DNA of 64,000 nucleotides, taken from contig OX597815.1 in the NCBI GenBank assembly GCA_951406725.2, positions 41,726,001-41,790,000 of the forward strand, given 5' to 3'. Every line of letters starts with the position of its first letter. Position 1 is the first letter of the stretch. The translations under genes were made by a program, and so were the position numbers. Below the pieces are notes generated by a model. It was given only the letters and a program-made list of their open reading frames with translations, had not been told where the DNA came from and searched no databases. Shown here piece by piece: positions 26,022 to 39,110 of this stretch. This DNA comes from Octopus vulgaris. Taxonomy: Eukaryota.

Positions 26022-28442
26022 AAAACAAGGTAGAAAGATATTTAGAGCACTTACAGTTATCACATTTGGTAAACAGAAAGAAACAACAACAATGATATAA
26101 AAACAATATATTAAATTTACCTGACTATGTCAGGCATACATAAGCCCTCGATTTCTCCACATCAAATTGCCATGCTCTAAATAGAACACAAAACAATGCA
26201 CTAAACTTCATAATATGCATTATTCTATATACTGTATATGTACTTTTAGCTACCCTTTCTGATGAGTTGTAGTGTACCTGAGCACTGTATACAATAAGCT
26301 CATTACATTATAATGGACCACACACACACATGGACAACCTACACAACAAAACAAAATTACTGAAAATTAAAGTACATATAGACATACTCAGGACACAGTT
26401 TTTTGCCAAATAAAATTTCAGTTCTCATAGTTCCTGACACTATATGAATCTTCCAAACACCTAAACAGGTGCAATATCACAGAGCACTGCTACAAAACAT
26501 AATCTCTTCAACTTAGCCTAGACAATAATGGGGAAAAAACAACACATATACACAGAATTAGCTGCAACATGACTAGCACCACAGGTCCCAAATACCATGC
26601 TGTGATGCACCATACTAACAATAAGTGCTCAGGGCCAGCAACTGTTGCATTCTGACTGACATCAATTTGGCCACTTCTAGCCAGCACCAGAATCTGCAGA
26701 TATGCAGCAGTAGACTTGACAGTGCAGATTGTGCAATACATCCAGATTAATAAATTGCACCCCCATGTGATTTATCACTACATGTTGGATTGTGCATTAT
26801 GCTACTCAGTTAGACAGAGATGATATAACAAAGAAGGATTTGTGGGTTGTACCATGTCATTGATCTGACAACCTAAGTACAAAGTTATTGCTTTTTCAGA
26901 GCTGATCTGGGGCTACATAACAATCACAACAACATACATCATTATAAGAATCATCTGATTAAAAGTTGAAGTGATTGCAATTTGATTCTTCAATTTTATT
27001 GGAAATTATTCAAAAACTAACATCCCAAAAGACAAATTATATTTTCATTACTGGCAAAGATTATATACCATTATAACAGAGAAGAAAATATAGTAACATA
27101 ATCTTATGGTATGCTGGAATATTATTTGGAACTTTTTCTCTATGTCCTGATTCAAAACATGTTACACAACAGTAGTTTCCCCTTACCTGCTTCAAGTCCA
27201 TGGGATGATTTGAGGTTGGCATAGAAAGCTAATTAAATTACTTGCCAAATATACAGTTCCCAAACAGACTATAACAATCAACTGTGATCTATTTACAGCT
27301 GCGTGGTACCAGCTTTTTAAATTTAGAAGTTACATTTATGTATTTATTTTGCAATATTCTTGATGTGAAGTCGTGTGTTGAAACAGACATTATTACATTT
27401 CGTGAAGGTCGGTTTTTTTTTGGGGTTTTTTTTACCAAATAAACACACGCACTATATATTTGTTCTTCACTTCAGCTTTATTATTATTCTTATTTGACGA
27501 ATTTCCATGCTTTCATTTATTGCAACATATTTACATTACTCTGTAGTGAGTTCAGGCGCTGACATGAGTTATCTTCTCCTCCTCCCCCCACCAGCATCAG
27601 TCTGTATCCAAGCCGAGGGTAGGGGCTGAAAAAAGTTCATAAATTGATAAACTTCCTTTTGATAAACTTTCATTTGAAGTTTCAAGAAAGTGAAAGAAAA
27701 ATTCAACAATAGCTGACAGCACTAAAATTTGGCTATAAGATACCTTAACGAAAGTAGAAAAAAAGGAAAAAGGAAGAAAAAAAAAGTAACTATTGTGGAA
27801 ATGTCATGATCGGAGAATTGTTAGTGGGGCCCTCTACTCTACAAAAGCTGAAGATTGATGTTTTATGCTTTGTGTAGTATGCCAGTCCCTGCCAAAAAGC
27901 ATTGAGGGCTTGAGGCTCCACCATTAGCCACATTGATATACTAAAACTCCACCATAGCATACTCTGTTCAAGAGTGTCTGGAACCCCTCTCTTGGCATGG
28001 GGCCCCCTCTCTTAGCAAGAGGCCCAATCTGAACAGATCTGTCTAATTGGCTTAAAACCAACTCTACTCTGATGAGATTCCATATAGTCTCCACCATCCA
28101 AATTCTAACCACAAGGCTTTGGTCAGTCTGAAACTGTGGTAGAAGACATGCCCAAGATGTCATGTAGTGAGACTGAATTTGAAACCATGTAATTGCAAAG
28201 CAAACATTTTAACCACAGACAACTCTTTGGCAGTAGTGAATGTAACAACAACAGATTAAAGGTTGGGTTTAAAGGCTAGAAAGAGGTGAAGAGTGTTATA
28301 TATGATGTAATTGTTTAAGATAAAAGTGGTGTTGGCACATACCCATTAAGGCTGCTTTCTCTTTGCAGTTCAGAAGTATTTCCAGTATTGCCTTGGAGAA
28401 ATGAAAGACAAATAAACTTTGAAATACTTATGTGAAGTACAA

Positions 28443-28757
28443 ATGGCCGAACCAACTGAAAAGAAGGAAGCTGAACAAAAAGCTGCTCTCCCAGGGTATG
28501 CTCTTGTCAAATATTCAGACATGGTACCAGAAATGAAAACAGAAACACTGGAACTTGTCATTGTTGCCTGTGAGAAGTTTGTCGACAATAATGAATTGGC
28601 TGCCCGATCAATTAAAGAGGCTATGGATAAAAAATTCAAGGGGCGTTGGCATGTAGTTGTCGGTGAAGGATTTGGTTTTGAAATAACATATGAACTACAC
28701 AAATTATTGTATCTGTTCTTTGGAGGTAACTTAGCCATTTTAATCTGGAATATGTAA
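28443..28757 (+). CDS. DNAL4: Dynein light chain 4, axonemal-like (LC8 family), 104 aa, single coding exon
   Basis: ALVKYSDM..EMKTE..E....ACEKF..NNE.AA..IKE.MDKKF...WHVVVGEGFGFEITYE...LLYLFFGGNLAI.IW; acceptor tttgcAG at 28368; AATAAA at 29099-29104. Confidence 0.88.
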   Translation: MAEPTEKKEAEQKAALPGYALVKYSDMVPEMKTETLELVIVACEKFVDNNELAARSIKEAMDKKFKGRWHVVVGEGFGFEITYELHKLLYLFFGGNLAILIWNM

Positions 28758-28852
28758 CCAATGTTACTGGGATAGAACTCTTAATTATTTATACTTGGTT
28801 ATGCTTTCCTGGCTTTTCAGAACTGTCTTAATTTTTCAAAATAATAATATTT

Positions 28853-28900
<48 letters not shown>

Positions 28901-29321
28901 TCCAAATATGTTTTTCTCCTCTATCCCATTCCTTTATCATATTTGTGTTCTCTCTTCAGAGCACACACACACATATATATATATATGTTCCAAAGATAGA
29001 ACATGAATATACGACTGAAGGTGGGGAGAGAAAAACATGCAAAACTATTTCAGTTATATTAATTCTTCATTTTATATATTTGATTTTTTTAAAAATTTAA
29101 TAAAATATAAAATAATTTAAAAGCCATTCGCAAAATCTAAATTACGACTACTTACTGAGTCTTCAATATATTTATCTAAACCTATCCCTATGTAAAATGG
29201 TATTTTTTCTTGCAGTTATTGCTTCTTGTCTTCCTTTTATGATTATTACCTTGTGTCTTTTAACAGACCTGGTGGTTAAGCATCAACATTACTGTGTCAA
29301 ATGAAATATTTATTTTTATTC

Positions 29322-29530
29322 AAGGCGGCAAACTGGCAGAATCATTAGAATGTTGAGTAAAATGCTTAGCTGCGTTTTGTCCATCTTTATGTTCTGTGTT
29401 CAAATTCTACTGAGTCAACTTTGCCTTTCATTCCTTCAGGATCAATTAAATAAGTACCACTTGAACACTGGGATCAAATTAATTTATCCCTTCCCTGAAA
29501 TTGCTGGCCTTATGCCAAAATTTGAAACCA
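29322..29530 (+). mobile_element. Family-B SINE (central GCCTTTCAT.CTT..GG.TC.AT.AAATAAGTACC domain)
   Basis: Matches copies at 33610, 35620, 35870, 37570 and 41556. Confidence 0.75.
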
Positions 29531-29847
29531 AAATTTGTGAGGGCATTGAGGATGATAACAAGCAAATAAGGAATTGATGGTAGAAAGCAGCACAGGGAGG
29601 GGAGAAAAGGCACAGAAAGGAGGTGATTGGTGAAGACTGTAGGCTGGGGAAGAAGGTAATTGGCTGGATGGGGGAATAAAGATAACTGGGAAAAGCCAGA
29701 GGTGCAGGTGTAGTACGGGCCTATTCTGTGCTCTTAGGTAATAGTAGTGATAGGTGTTAGGGGATGAAATATGGGTAGTGGGAGGAAGTTGACAAGGCAG
29801 AGCTCCTCATGGACAAGCATTACCAAATTGGTTTTAGGATATCAATT

Positions 29848-30430
29848 CTGTTGTGGTGGGTGAGTCTTCTTGAGTACAACAATGCAACATATATCTTGAT
29901 CCTTTGTCATCTTCTTCATAAGTCTCAGCATTTTGAAATTGGCCTTCAATACTTCACCCCATGTTTTCCAGGGTCTCTCTCTTCCACAAATTTCATCCAC
30001 TTTAAGTGATTGACACTTTTTTATGCACCATATGACCAAACCAGCACAGTCTTCTCTCTTGTACACTGCATTTAATTTCTCTTATACCTAACCTTTTTCT
30101 CAATACATTAACACTCTGTCACACATGTACACTGACATTGCACATCCAGCAGAGCACACCTGCTACATTCCTCTCTAGTCTTCACATGTCTTCTGCATTC
30201 AAGGTCGACGTCTCACTACCATGTAGCTTTGTATTTCATACACATACATCATAAAATCTTCCTTTCTCTTAGATGGAAACCTTTGGTTGGCAACAGAAGT
30301 AAAAGCCCATTGAACTTTCTCCATCCTATTCTTATTCTAGTACTTATACTTTCAGTACATCCTCTTCTCCTCCACTGCTAATTAGATCATCTAGGTAGCA
30401 GAAATTATTTATCTACTACTTCTAGAGAAC
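29848..30430 (-). mobile_element. RTE-clade LINE 3' fragment
   Basis: Degenerate ...CGRERPWKTWGEV... C-terminal motif of the RTE ORF. Confidence 0.7.
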
Positions 30431-31032
30431 CTGTATGAGCTTTTATCAGTGAAATGATAAAAAAATTAAAGCAGACAGAAGGTGTAAATTTACTTTATAT
30501 ATTCCAAGTCAACAACTTACCTGTGCCTGATGAGTTCACATTTTATCTTAAAAGCTATTACTAATTTTATCATGTGTAACATAATTACTACTATAAGTAA
30601 AATTTAGTATGTTAATTGTTACCTCACCGTCCCCTAAAGCCGAACACCGCCTTCGGCATGCCCAGAGTTCCCCAAGAGGCGGTACTGTTCACGTTGAGAA
30701 CCTCTGTTGTAACTGAATCTGGAATTGAGAAGTTTGTAACCTTCCTGGACTGGTAAGCCTTATCTGCTACGTACGAGTCGACCGAGTTCAATCGTGACAT
30801 TTAAAGTTTATTCACAGTGCTCTCCCTTAGTACATATCTTAGAACAAGCGAAACACAGCCGGGCTGTCACTTGAAATAGAATGCGAAGTTCACAGATAAT
30901 CAGGAACAAACTCCATGCCTAACTTAAATTGTAAAAATATAAAATAATGTATGGGTAGTTTTACCAAAATATACAAAATATGGGAGTGAAAGGAAATAGA
31001 TATACAGTTTGAAAAAGAGAGATCTTTTTATG

Positions 31033-31400
31033 ATCTTTTCAAACTCCACCTGTCTAACACCCGTGGACATGTTTACAAAGTCAGAAAACAGCACAGCTCT
31101 CATGACTTATGGAAACATTTTTTCGCGTTAGGAGTTGCTGAAGTAAGGAACAAACTGCCGGCAATCAGTCATTAGTTGTTGGAGCACCGCATCCTTCAAA
31201 ACTTCCATGCTTCCTGAGATTCACCAACACTACACCTGATTTTCTCCCCTCCATACACATGCAAGCATGTATCTGACTCATACACTGTTCACTTCCCAGA
31301 CAGACATTTGTACATTACTGCATATGCTTTATACGCACCTTTTGACAAGTTGTGGTCCATCTGAGCACTGTATACAATAATTTCATTATTTTTATTATGA
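31033..31400 (+). mobile_element. CR1 LINE 3' end
   Basis: LHLSNTRGHVYKVRKQHSSHD; same 3' UTR as 25711-26021. Confidence 0.8.
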
Positions 31401-31559
31401 TGATGTATGATTCTAAACAGAGTATTAAATAACATCAGAAGAAATATAAGTAGAAGACATACTTTATCATCATCATCACCACCCTCATCATTTAACATAC
31501 AATCCTTAGTGAACTCCTACATACACACTAAATTCAGTGCTATACTCGTTGCTGATTTT

Positions 31560-32310
31560 CACCTTACTAATAGCAACTGTGTACGTTTTGGACAGCTCTC
31601 ACCATCCACTCATCTAACCCTAGCTTCTGCAATGACCACAAGATCAAAAAAAGAGAGGCCCTATAAAAAGCTTTTTCCTTGGCAACAAATGCCAAGTACA
31701 GCAGTTTATTTTTTGCTAAGTGCTTCTCCAGCAGTTGCTTTACTAAGAAGGTAGCATTAGTAGTACTTCTCCCTGGCACTGCACCTCATCTAGGTTAACT
31801 TCCTTTATAACTAGTCAAGCTATGACCCCTTCCTACAACTTTTATGACCTGCTCCTGACAATTTGGTACCTCTGTAATTATCTCTGTCTGAGGCATCTCT
31901 TTTACCTTTGTAGCAGTTGACTATAATGCAACTACACCAGTAGTGTATGACCTCTTCCTGGACAACCTGGTTAACTAAGCCATATCCCCTTCCGCCAGTT
32001 TTAAGCCTCTCAGTGGTCATCACGCTACTGTTAACTCAAATAGCTGTTCCGACTGTTGGTGTTATATTTGGAGGACTCTCCTCCCATGCATTCTCTACAT
32101 TCTTCTGCCTTTCATAGTGACACTTCCATGCTTCTTTATATGCAGAATCACTAAGTACAAGTGTACCATAAACAACCAGAACACACTTCTCTCCTACAGC
32201 ATCATGATTTTTATCTGACTCACTGTCTTGTAAACCCAGAACACCTCAAACCTTTGATCCTAATGCTACAGAACATTGAAAAACTTTTTCCTTTCAGCTT
32301 CTCTCCAAGC
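31560..32310 (-). pseudogene. RTE-clade LINE reverse-transcriptase fragment
   Basis: CYKGKRDASDRDNYRG and MPGRSTTNATFLVKQLLEK...LYLAFV..EKAF. Confidence 0.85.
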
Positions 32311-34220
32311 TGAAGCAAACTCGCTACTTCCAAAGAAGGGAGATCATCCTAGCCACATAGAACTGATAATTTGAGTCATGAAATGAAGGATGCAAAAAAT
32401 TGAAGCTGTGAGGGAGAATTTCACGTATCAATAGGAGTTGGAAAGTAGATGGTGACAGCCTTTGATCTACAGACAAACCAACAGAAATTAATACACCACT
32501 GATATTATCCAAAGGAAAGGCAAAAGCCAGTACAGCTTGGCTTCAGTAACATCGCAACTCATTTCTACAGCTGAGTGAACTGGAGCAAAACATGAAATTA
32601 AGTGTTTTGTCTAAAAACACAACACAACCTTGTCCGGGAAGTGAACTCACTACCTCGTGATTGTGATCCCAACACTCTAAACTACTGAGCCATATAAATA
32701 GAAATTAGCAATATAGTATACCACCAATATAATTTATATAGATGTATGATAATTTATCACAAAATTCTCCAGTTTAGTAAAGGTTAGTGTGGGATGAATT
32801 TACAGAGAATCATTGGTAGCATCACTTTGTGCTTCCCCAACCAAAAACAAAAAAAGACACTTGGAAAGTCAACCAATACTTACAGTTATTTTCAGACCTT
32901 TAAAACAATTGTTGTCATCCACATTACCATTTAATGTCCATTTTCCATGCTGGCACAAGCTGAACAGTTTGACAGAAGCTGGGCAAGCAAGAAGACAGCA
33001 CCAAGAGCTGGCAAACCAGAAGACTACTTTGGTATGGTTTCTACAGTTGGATGTCCTTCCTAATGCCAACCACTTCAGAGAGTGTACTGGGTACTTATTT
33101 GGCGCCAGTATCAGTGAGATTACCAAGTAACTTTCAAGAGAAAAGCTCCTCAACAGAGAGGAGGTAGTTTTGTGTCAGGTGATGAGAGGTTAAAGTATCT
33201 GAGACAGAAACAGGTGTTTTGCTGTAGAGGGGATACATGGCTACCCCTGTTGGAAAAGAAAGAGATGGTGAAGATATTTTGGGGTGTACCCTTAAGTCAA
33301 GGCACATGGCTCAGTGGTTGGAGCATCGAGCTGACAATAATAGAGTAGTGAGTTCAATTCCTGGACTGGGCTCTGTGTTGTCTTCTTGAGCAAGACACTT
33401 TTCATGTTGCTACCTAAAACATTGAAATAAGGGCTTTTGCTAGCTTTTTTTTGGAGGGGGGGGGATGCACAAAGCCTTAGACAAGTACTGGGTCTCACTG
33501 CAGATAAACAATATAAGATCAGCAACAATATAAGAACATGATTGTGAATGTAAGAAGCAGTGTTTGATAACTGCAAATTTCTGGGAGTCAGCTGTTTATG
33601 ATAATATTAGTTTCAAATTTTGGCACAAGGCCAGCAATTCCAGGCAAAGGTGTAAGTCAATTACATTGACCTTAGTACTGAACTGGTACTTATTTTATTG
33701 ACCCAAAAGGATAAAAGACAAAGTCAACCTTGGTGGAATTTGAACTCAGAATGTAAATATGGACAAAATTCCACCAAGCACTTTGCCTGGCTTGCTAATG
33801 ATTCTGCCTATTTGTCACCCTTCCATTTTTGGTGATATTAAGCATGGAGAGACCCACTCTCTAACCATATCAGGCAATTTCTAAATTTTAAAAAAATGTT
33901 TTGCTATTTCTGCACATTGAGAGCAGCAGTTCTCAAAATGACAAATATCAACAAAGCGCAAAAAACTATTACTTGGCTATAAGGTTCCATGAGTGAGCAC
34001 AAGCAATTCTTTATAACTTTGCAAGGTATATGATTTATCTATTATTCAGTCTTCTTTGGATTGATACCTCTTCTTATAGAGAACAATTGATAGAGCAAAT
34101 CTATAAGAGCTTTTTGACTGTATGAAGCATATCCAGCTTCACTATTTCACTTATACTAGCTTTATGAACATTTTAATGAAAGTTGTTACAGAGAAGACAA
34201 AGCCCATGTTTAGTAAACTA

Positions 34221-34730
34221 CCATAAATCCTCGAGTATAGTCCACCCTTGAGTATAATACACAGGGAATTTTTAGGGGGTTGTACCTCTGAAAAACCTAA
34301 ACCTTGTGTATAATACGCACCCCTTCTCTAACTTGAATTGTGCATAATTAAGCCAGCAGCACCTAGTCGAACAAACACTTCCGCACATGTGTAATACAAT
34401 AATGATATTCCTAACTGTTATATGGGAATGTAAATATGTTTGCAAATTGTTTTTGTTACATGTTATTCTGTGTTCTGAATACTTTTATTTTAATAAATGT
34501 TGCTTACTGCAAGTTATAGAGGATTCTTCATTACTTTCAGGCTTAGCTTAAGGTATTTTCATGCCCGACATCACAAAATGTGTCTGAATAAACATTGCCG
34601 GACAGCAAATAGAGACTTGGACATTGCTTAGAAAATATTTTTCATTTTTAGCCTCGTATATAGTATGCACTGGGGATTTTGACCTTTAAATTTTGGGAAA
34701 AAAGTGCAGATTATACTCAAAGATTTACGG
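34221..34730. mobile_element. Tc2-like MITE, second copy
   Basis: TA|CCATAAATCCTCGAGTATAGTCC ... ATTATACTCAAAGATTTACGG|TA. Confidence 0.8.
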
Positions 34731-34889
34731 TACTTTAACCCATTCTTTACTATATTTCTGTTGAAATCCACTACTTTATTTTAAAGGATTTTGAAAATAA
34801 TGAAGAATTTTGTGAAATAACTCATTATCAAGCTCGAGTTTAGAACAAATTAACATGAAATTTTGGAGAAAGATTTTACATGGCAATAA

Positions 34890-35463
34890 AATATGGGCTT
34901 TGACTACAGAGGATTTGCACACGGTTGAAAGAAATGAAGGTAGCATGCTCTGCTGGATGGGTAATATGTGTACACATACAACAGAGTGTAAATGATTTAA
35001 GAGGTATCAGATGTGTGCAAGAGAGAAGACTGCACTGGTTTGGTCATGTGATGTGTAGGGATGAGGACGGCTGTGTAAAGAATTGCTGAACTCTAATTGT
35101 GGAGGATACTTGTGGAAGGGGCAGACTCAGAAAGACATGGGACGAAGTGGTGAGAAAGGATCTGTGGACCTGTGCTTCCGGGAGATGTGATAATTTGCTG
35201 TACTTGATATGTCAAGCTAAGTAAAATCGCTGTCTTCCACACATGCAAGCTTGTCCTTTCAGGAGCCAGTGCCACATAAAAAGCACCAATGCAGATGGCA
35301 TGTAGAAGGCACCCAGCACACTCTGTTAAGTGGCTGGCACTAGAAAGGGCATCTAGCCGTAGAAACCATGCCACAACAGACAATTGGAGTTTGGACAGCT
35401 CCTTGCCAAACCACTTAACTCATGTTGGCATGGAAAGCAGACATTAAACAATGATGATGATGA
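34890..35463 (+). mobile_element. RTE LINE 3' end with (GAT)n tail
   Basis: RRLHWFGHV and CGRGRLRKTWDEVV motifs; tail GGCATGGAAAGCAGACATTAAAC(AATGATGAT). Confidence 0.8.
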
Positions 35464-35619
35464 TTTTAACTTAGTTCACTTTAAAATAGGAAATTTGTGT
35501 CTAAGAGCCATGGCAGATAGGTATCAAAAGGGTTAAACTAAACCAAACTCTAAATGAATCTACTGAAGAATACTTCTTACACAATAGAATCCCAAAGGTC
35601 GTTGTAATCATCAATAATG

Positions 35620-36070
35620 ATTTCAAATTTTGGTACAAGGCCAGCAGTTTCAGGGGCGAGATTAAGTTGATTATATCAACCCCAGTACTCAACTGGTACT
35701 CGTTTTATTGACCCTAAAAGAATGAAAGGCAAAGTCAACCTCGGTGGAATTTGAACTCGGAACACAAAGACAGATGAAATACTGCTAAACATTTCACCCA
35801 GTGTACTAACGATGCTACCAGCTCACTTGCTTTAGTAATAATGATGATGAATCAATATTACCAAAAGGTAAGGTGGCAAGCTGGCAGAATCATTACCACG
35901 CCAGGCAAAATGTTTTGTGGCAGTTTGTCTGTCTTTACATTCTGCCGATGTTGACTTTGCTTTTCATCCTTTTGGGGTTGATAAAATAAGTACCAGTTGA
36001 ATACTGGGGTCGATTTAATTGACTTACCCTGCCCCCTGAAATTGCTGGCCTTGTGCCAAAATTTGAAATC
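35620..36070. repeat. Head-to-head pair of family-B SINEs forming a ~450-bp imperfect palindrome
   Basis: 35620-35830 (-) and 35870-36070 (+) are reverse complements. Confidence 0.75.
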
Positions 36071-36223
36071 AATATTAACAAAAGGTATAATTCTCTACTC
36101 ATAGTTTCTCCTACTTTTTTTTATAAACATCTAAAATGTTTGAATTGAAACAATGTTAATAGTTACGGAAATGTACTCGCATAGCAAGTAATTTGATCTG
36201 AGATCGTGTGCTGAAACGAAAAC

Positions 36224-36400
36224 AATTGCAGCGTGGAAGGTGTTTATAAGCCATTTAAGAAACACACGGATTTTTGTCAGTGAACAGGTCGCGGATTTTA
36301 GCAACGAAAATATTTTGACAAATTAAACTTAAATGTTGAAGTGAATCGAACGGCTTTTGTGTTTCTTAAATGGCTTATAAACACCTTCCACGCAGCAAAT
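36224..36400. repeat. ~40-bp inverted repeat inside a dispersed element also seen at ~1290
   Basis: GCGTGGAAGGTGTTTATAAGCCATTTAAGAAACACA / TGTGTTTCTTAAATGGCTTATAAACACCTTCCACGC. Confidence 0.7.
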
Positions 36401-37132
36401 GTTAATAGTATATTTAATAATATATTTTAACACATTTCTTGACTTCATAGTAACTGAAATCTTAAAATAGTACCACTACAAGTATAAACATTTGTGTATA
36501 AATGCTATAATGTGAAAGGTGAGAGAGAACAAGTGAGAAAAAATGTTTATACACGGATTCATTTCACAATACTATTTCTTATAACAAAGTGAATTGCCTT
36601 TTTGTTTGGTAAACTATCAGCATGCCATAGGTCTATTCAACCAGAACTGACCTGAGGGCTACACAATAAGAACATGACTGGTAAATATTTTTTATTATAA
36701 GAACCCGAATTCCAAAAATATTAGAATTTCAAGCTTGGAGTGAGAGCTCTAATGAACAATAACAACAAGGAAATAAAATTCTGCTTTGAGCCCATGTGCT
36801 CATAAGACAAGAGCTTACCTGGGTTTGAAGATATTTTAGATTACAGGTACAAGACTTGTCTTTGAATGGAAGCCACTCGACTAGAGTTAACCTCCAGGTG
36901 CCACTCATACTCATTTTCAGCTAAGTGTGCTGAAGTAACATAAAATTAAGTACCTTGCTCAAAGACACAAATGAGCTAACCTGTATGAGAACTGAACCCC
37001 TGACCTAACAACCATTAACCACCAGCTCATGAACAGTATAATAATCTTGATATAAGTCAATCAATATCTTCTGACATGAATAATTACTAAAATAGAAATA
37101 ATACATTTCTAAATCTCTCAGAGAGATTTATA

Positions 37133-37504
37133 CAGTAGTAACATGATAAAGTGGTGGCAACAGTTCCATGAAAGGGAAGCACCGCTTCCTGTCAGCCTTG
37201 ACACATTTCCTGGGTCCTTATGTTTACAACGGGGGGAGATGAACATCTCCACCCAGCAAAGCCAGCATCCAGAAACTAGTTTCTAAGTCATTGTTACACA
37301 TGCTACTCTAGACTGATGATGAGCAATGACTCAGAAACTAGGTGGAGATGCTTATCTCGCTCTTTGTAAACATAAGGACACAGGAAATGTGTCAAGGCCA
37401 ACAGGAAGCAGTGCTTCCTAGGGCTAAATAGCAGTAGTATTATTCCCTTTCATGGGACTGTCACATTAAATTGACAACATGCCACCACTTTATGAATATT
37501 ACTG
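37133..37504. mobile_element. Palindromic element with TA|CAGTA...TACTG|TA ends and a central hammerhead-like core
   Basis: Long inverted arms; CTGATGA-TGAG caatga CTCA-GAAA-CTAG at 37313-37341. Confidence 0.7.
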
Positions 37505-39110
37505 TAATGAAACTTGCTCTAAAAATGAGATTTAGATAAAATAGTTCTAAGTTTTAATGTAAAAAATATTTCTAATTTAGGTGTGAAGCCAGCTATTTTG
37601 ATGGGAGGGCATTGGTCCCAGTGTTTGACTGGTATTTCATTTTATTGATCCTGGAAGAATGAAAGGCAAAGGTGGCCTTTGCAAGATTTGAATTCAAAAC
37701 ATAAGAGCCAAAACAAATACCAAAAGGCATTTTAGCCACTGGTTTGACTTTCAGAGCTAGCAGTTGTCTTTAGCAAATTTGGACATTTGTATATTGTTAG
37801 GACAGCTTTTTTTTTTGCCTTACAGTTGCCAGTCCTTCTTATTGTTAACACACAGTTGTAACATTCTGTATTTTCCAACATACATGTTGAGTTTTACAGA
37901 CCAAAATTCATAGCCAAAAAAATGTTATTTGACTTACACACCAAGACAACTTAGGAGGACCAAAAATTCCATGTGATATGTAGTAGGACATGGCAAAATA
38001 ATAGTAATGATGTTTGAATATTTACACTACATGTTTACACTATTTACTATGTTGACTTGCATGCCAGAAAATATCATAAAATATGCCTATTGACAGCAGG
38101 TAACTCGAGTAAGTAAAATTATATGCCTTGCCCAGGTGCAAAACACAATGGATCTTGTTATGTTTCAGTTCATGACCATCTATTTTACTAGTATGTATAT
38201 CACTCAATTTCACAGCTTTTTTCTTCATGACAATGTGCTTTTATAAACAAAACCAGAGCAAATGTTATTAATATATTTAAATAAACATTTTATTCCAAAA
38301 CTTTGGATTCCTTAAGGAAAACGATGAAAACAATTACACAGAACAACAAAAACAGTTTTTTAATGAATACAGTTTACACAATTTGGTGAGTTTTATTTTT
38401 ATTGCAAGAATGAATGGAAATGTTGGTTATCCATGGATTTGTTAGATTTATGAAATCCATGAATGTAAGTTGGAGCGAAAAAAGCTATACATATAATAGA
38501 CACAGGCTACACTTAACTGATCAGTTATTCATTTCAAAATAAATTATAGAAAAATGTACATCTGATCAGAGTATATAGTAAATAAATAAATAAGTGGTTT
38601 TCCAAATGCATACAATAACAAAGTAAGACATTAAGAAATGAAATGCTTGCATGAAGCTGGATGATTAAATTATTGATGAACAGAAAGCAAGATAATTTAT
38701 GCACCTGTACTTCAACTGTTCAAAGTGCATAAATTTTATACAAATATTTATGCAAACATACATAAATATATAAATACATATAAATAATTCTTTTTATCAT
38801 TTCAGTCTTTTTAATTACTGTAAGAGTCATTGACAAGGAATAAATTTAGTAAAGTTTTTGTATCGAAAATATTCCCTTTGATAATTTGAGCACAGTTATA
38901 GTTCCTTGATTGGAGTGAAAACACTGAATTTCATTCTGCAGATTCCTACATAATGATGGGAGTTTTTTTTTTTTTTTTGTGGGGGTGAGTGGGTATAAGA
39001 ACCCTTGCACTTTGCCAAGTACTTAAGCAGTGAATTTTGTAATTTTAAAACTGCTTTTTTATTTCCTTTTGAATCAGACATGACTTCTATCTAGTAATCC
39101 ATAATTTCTC

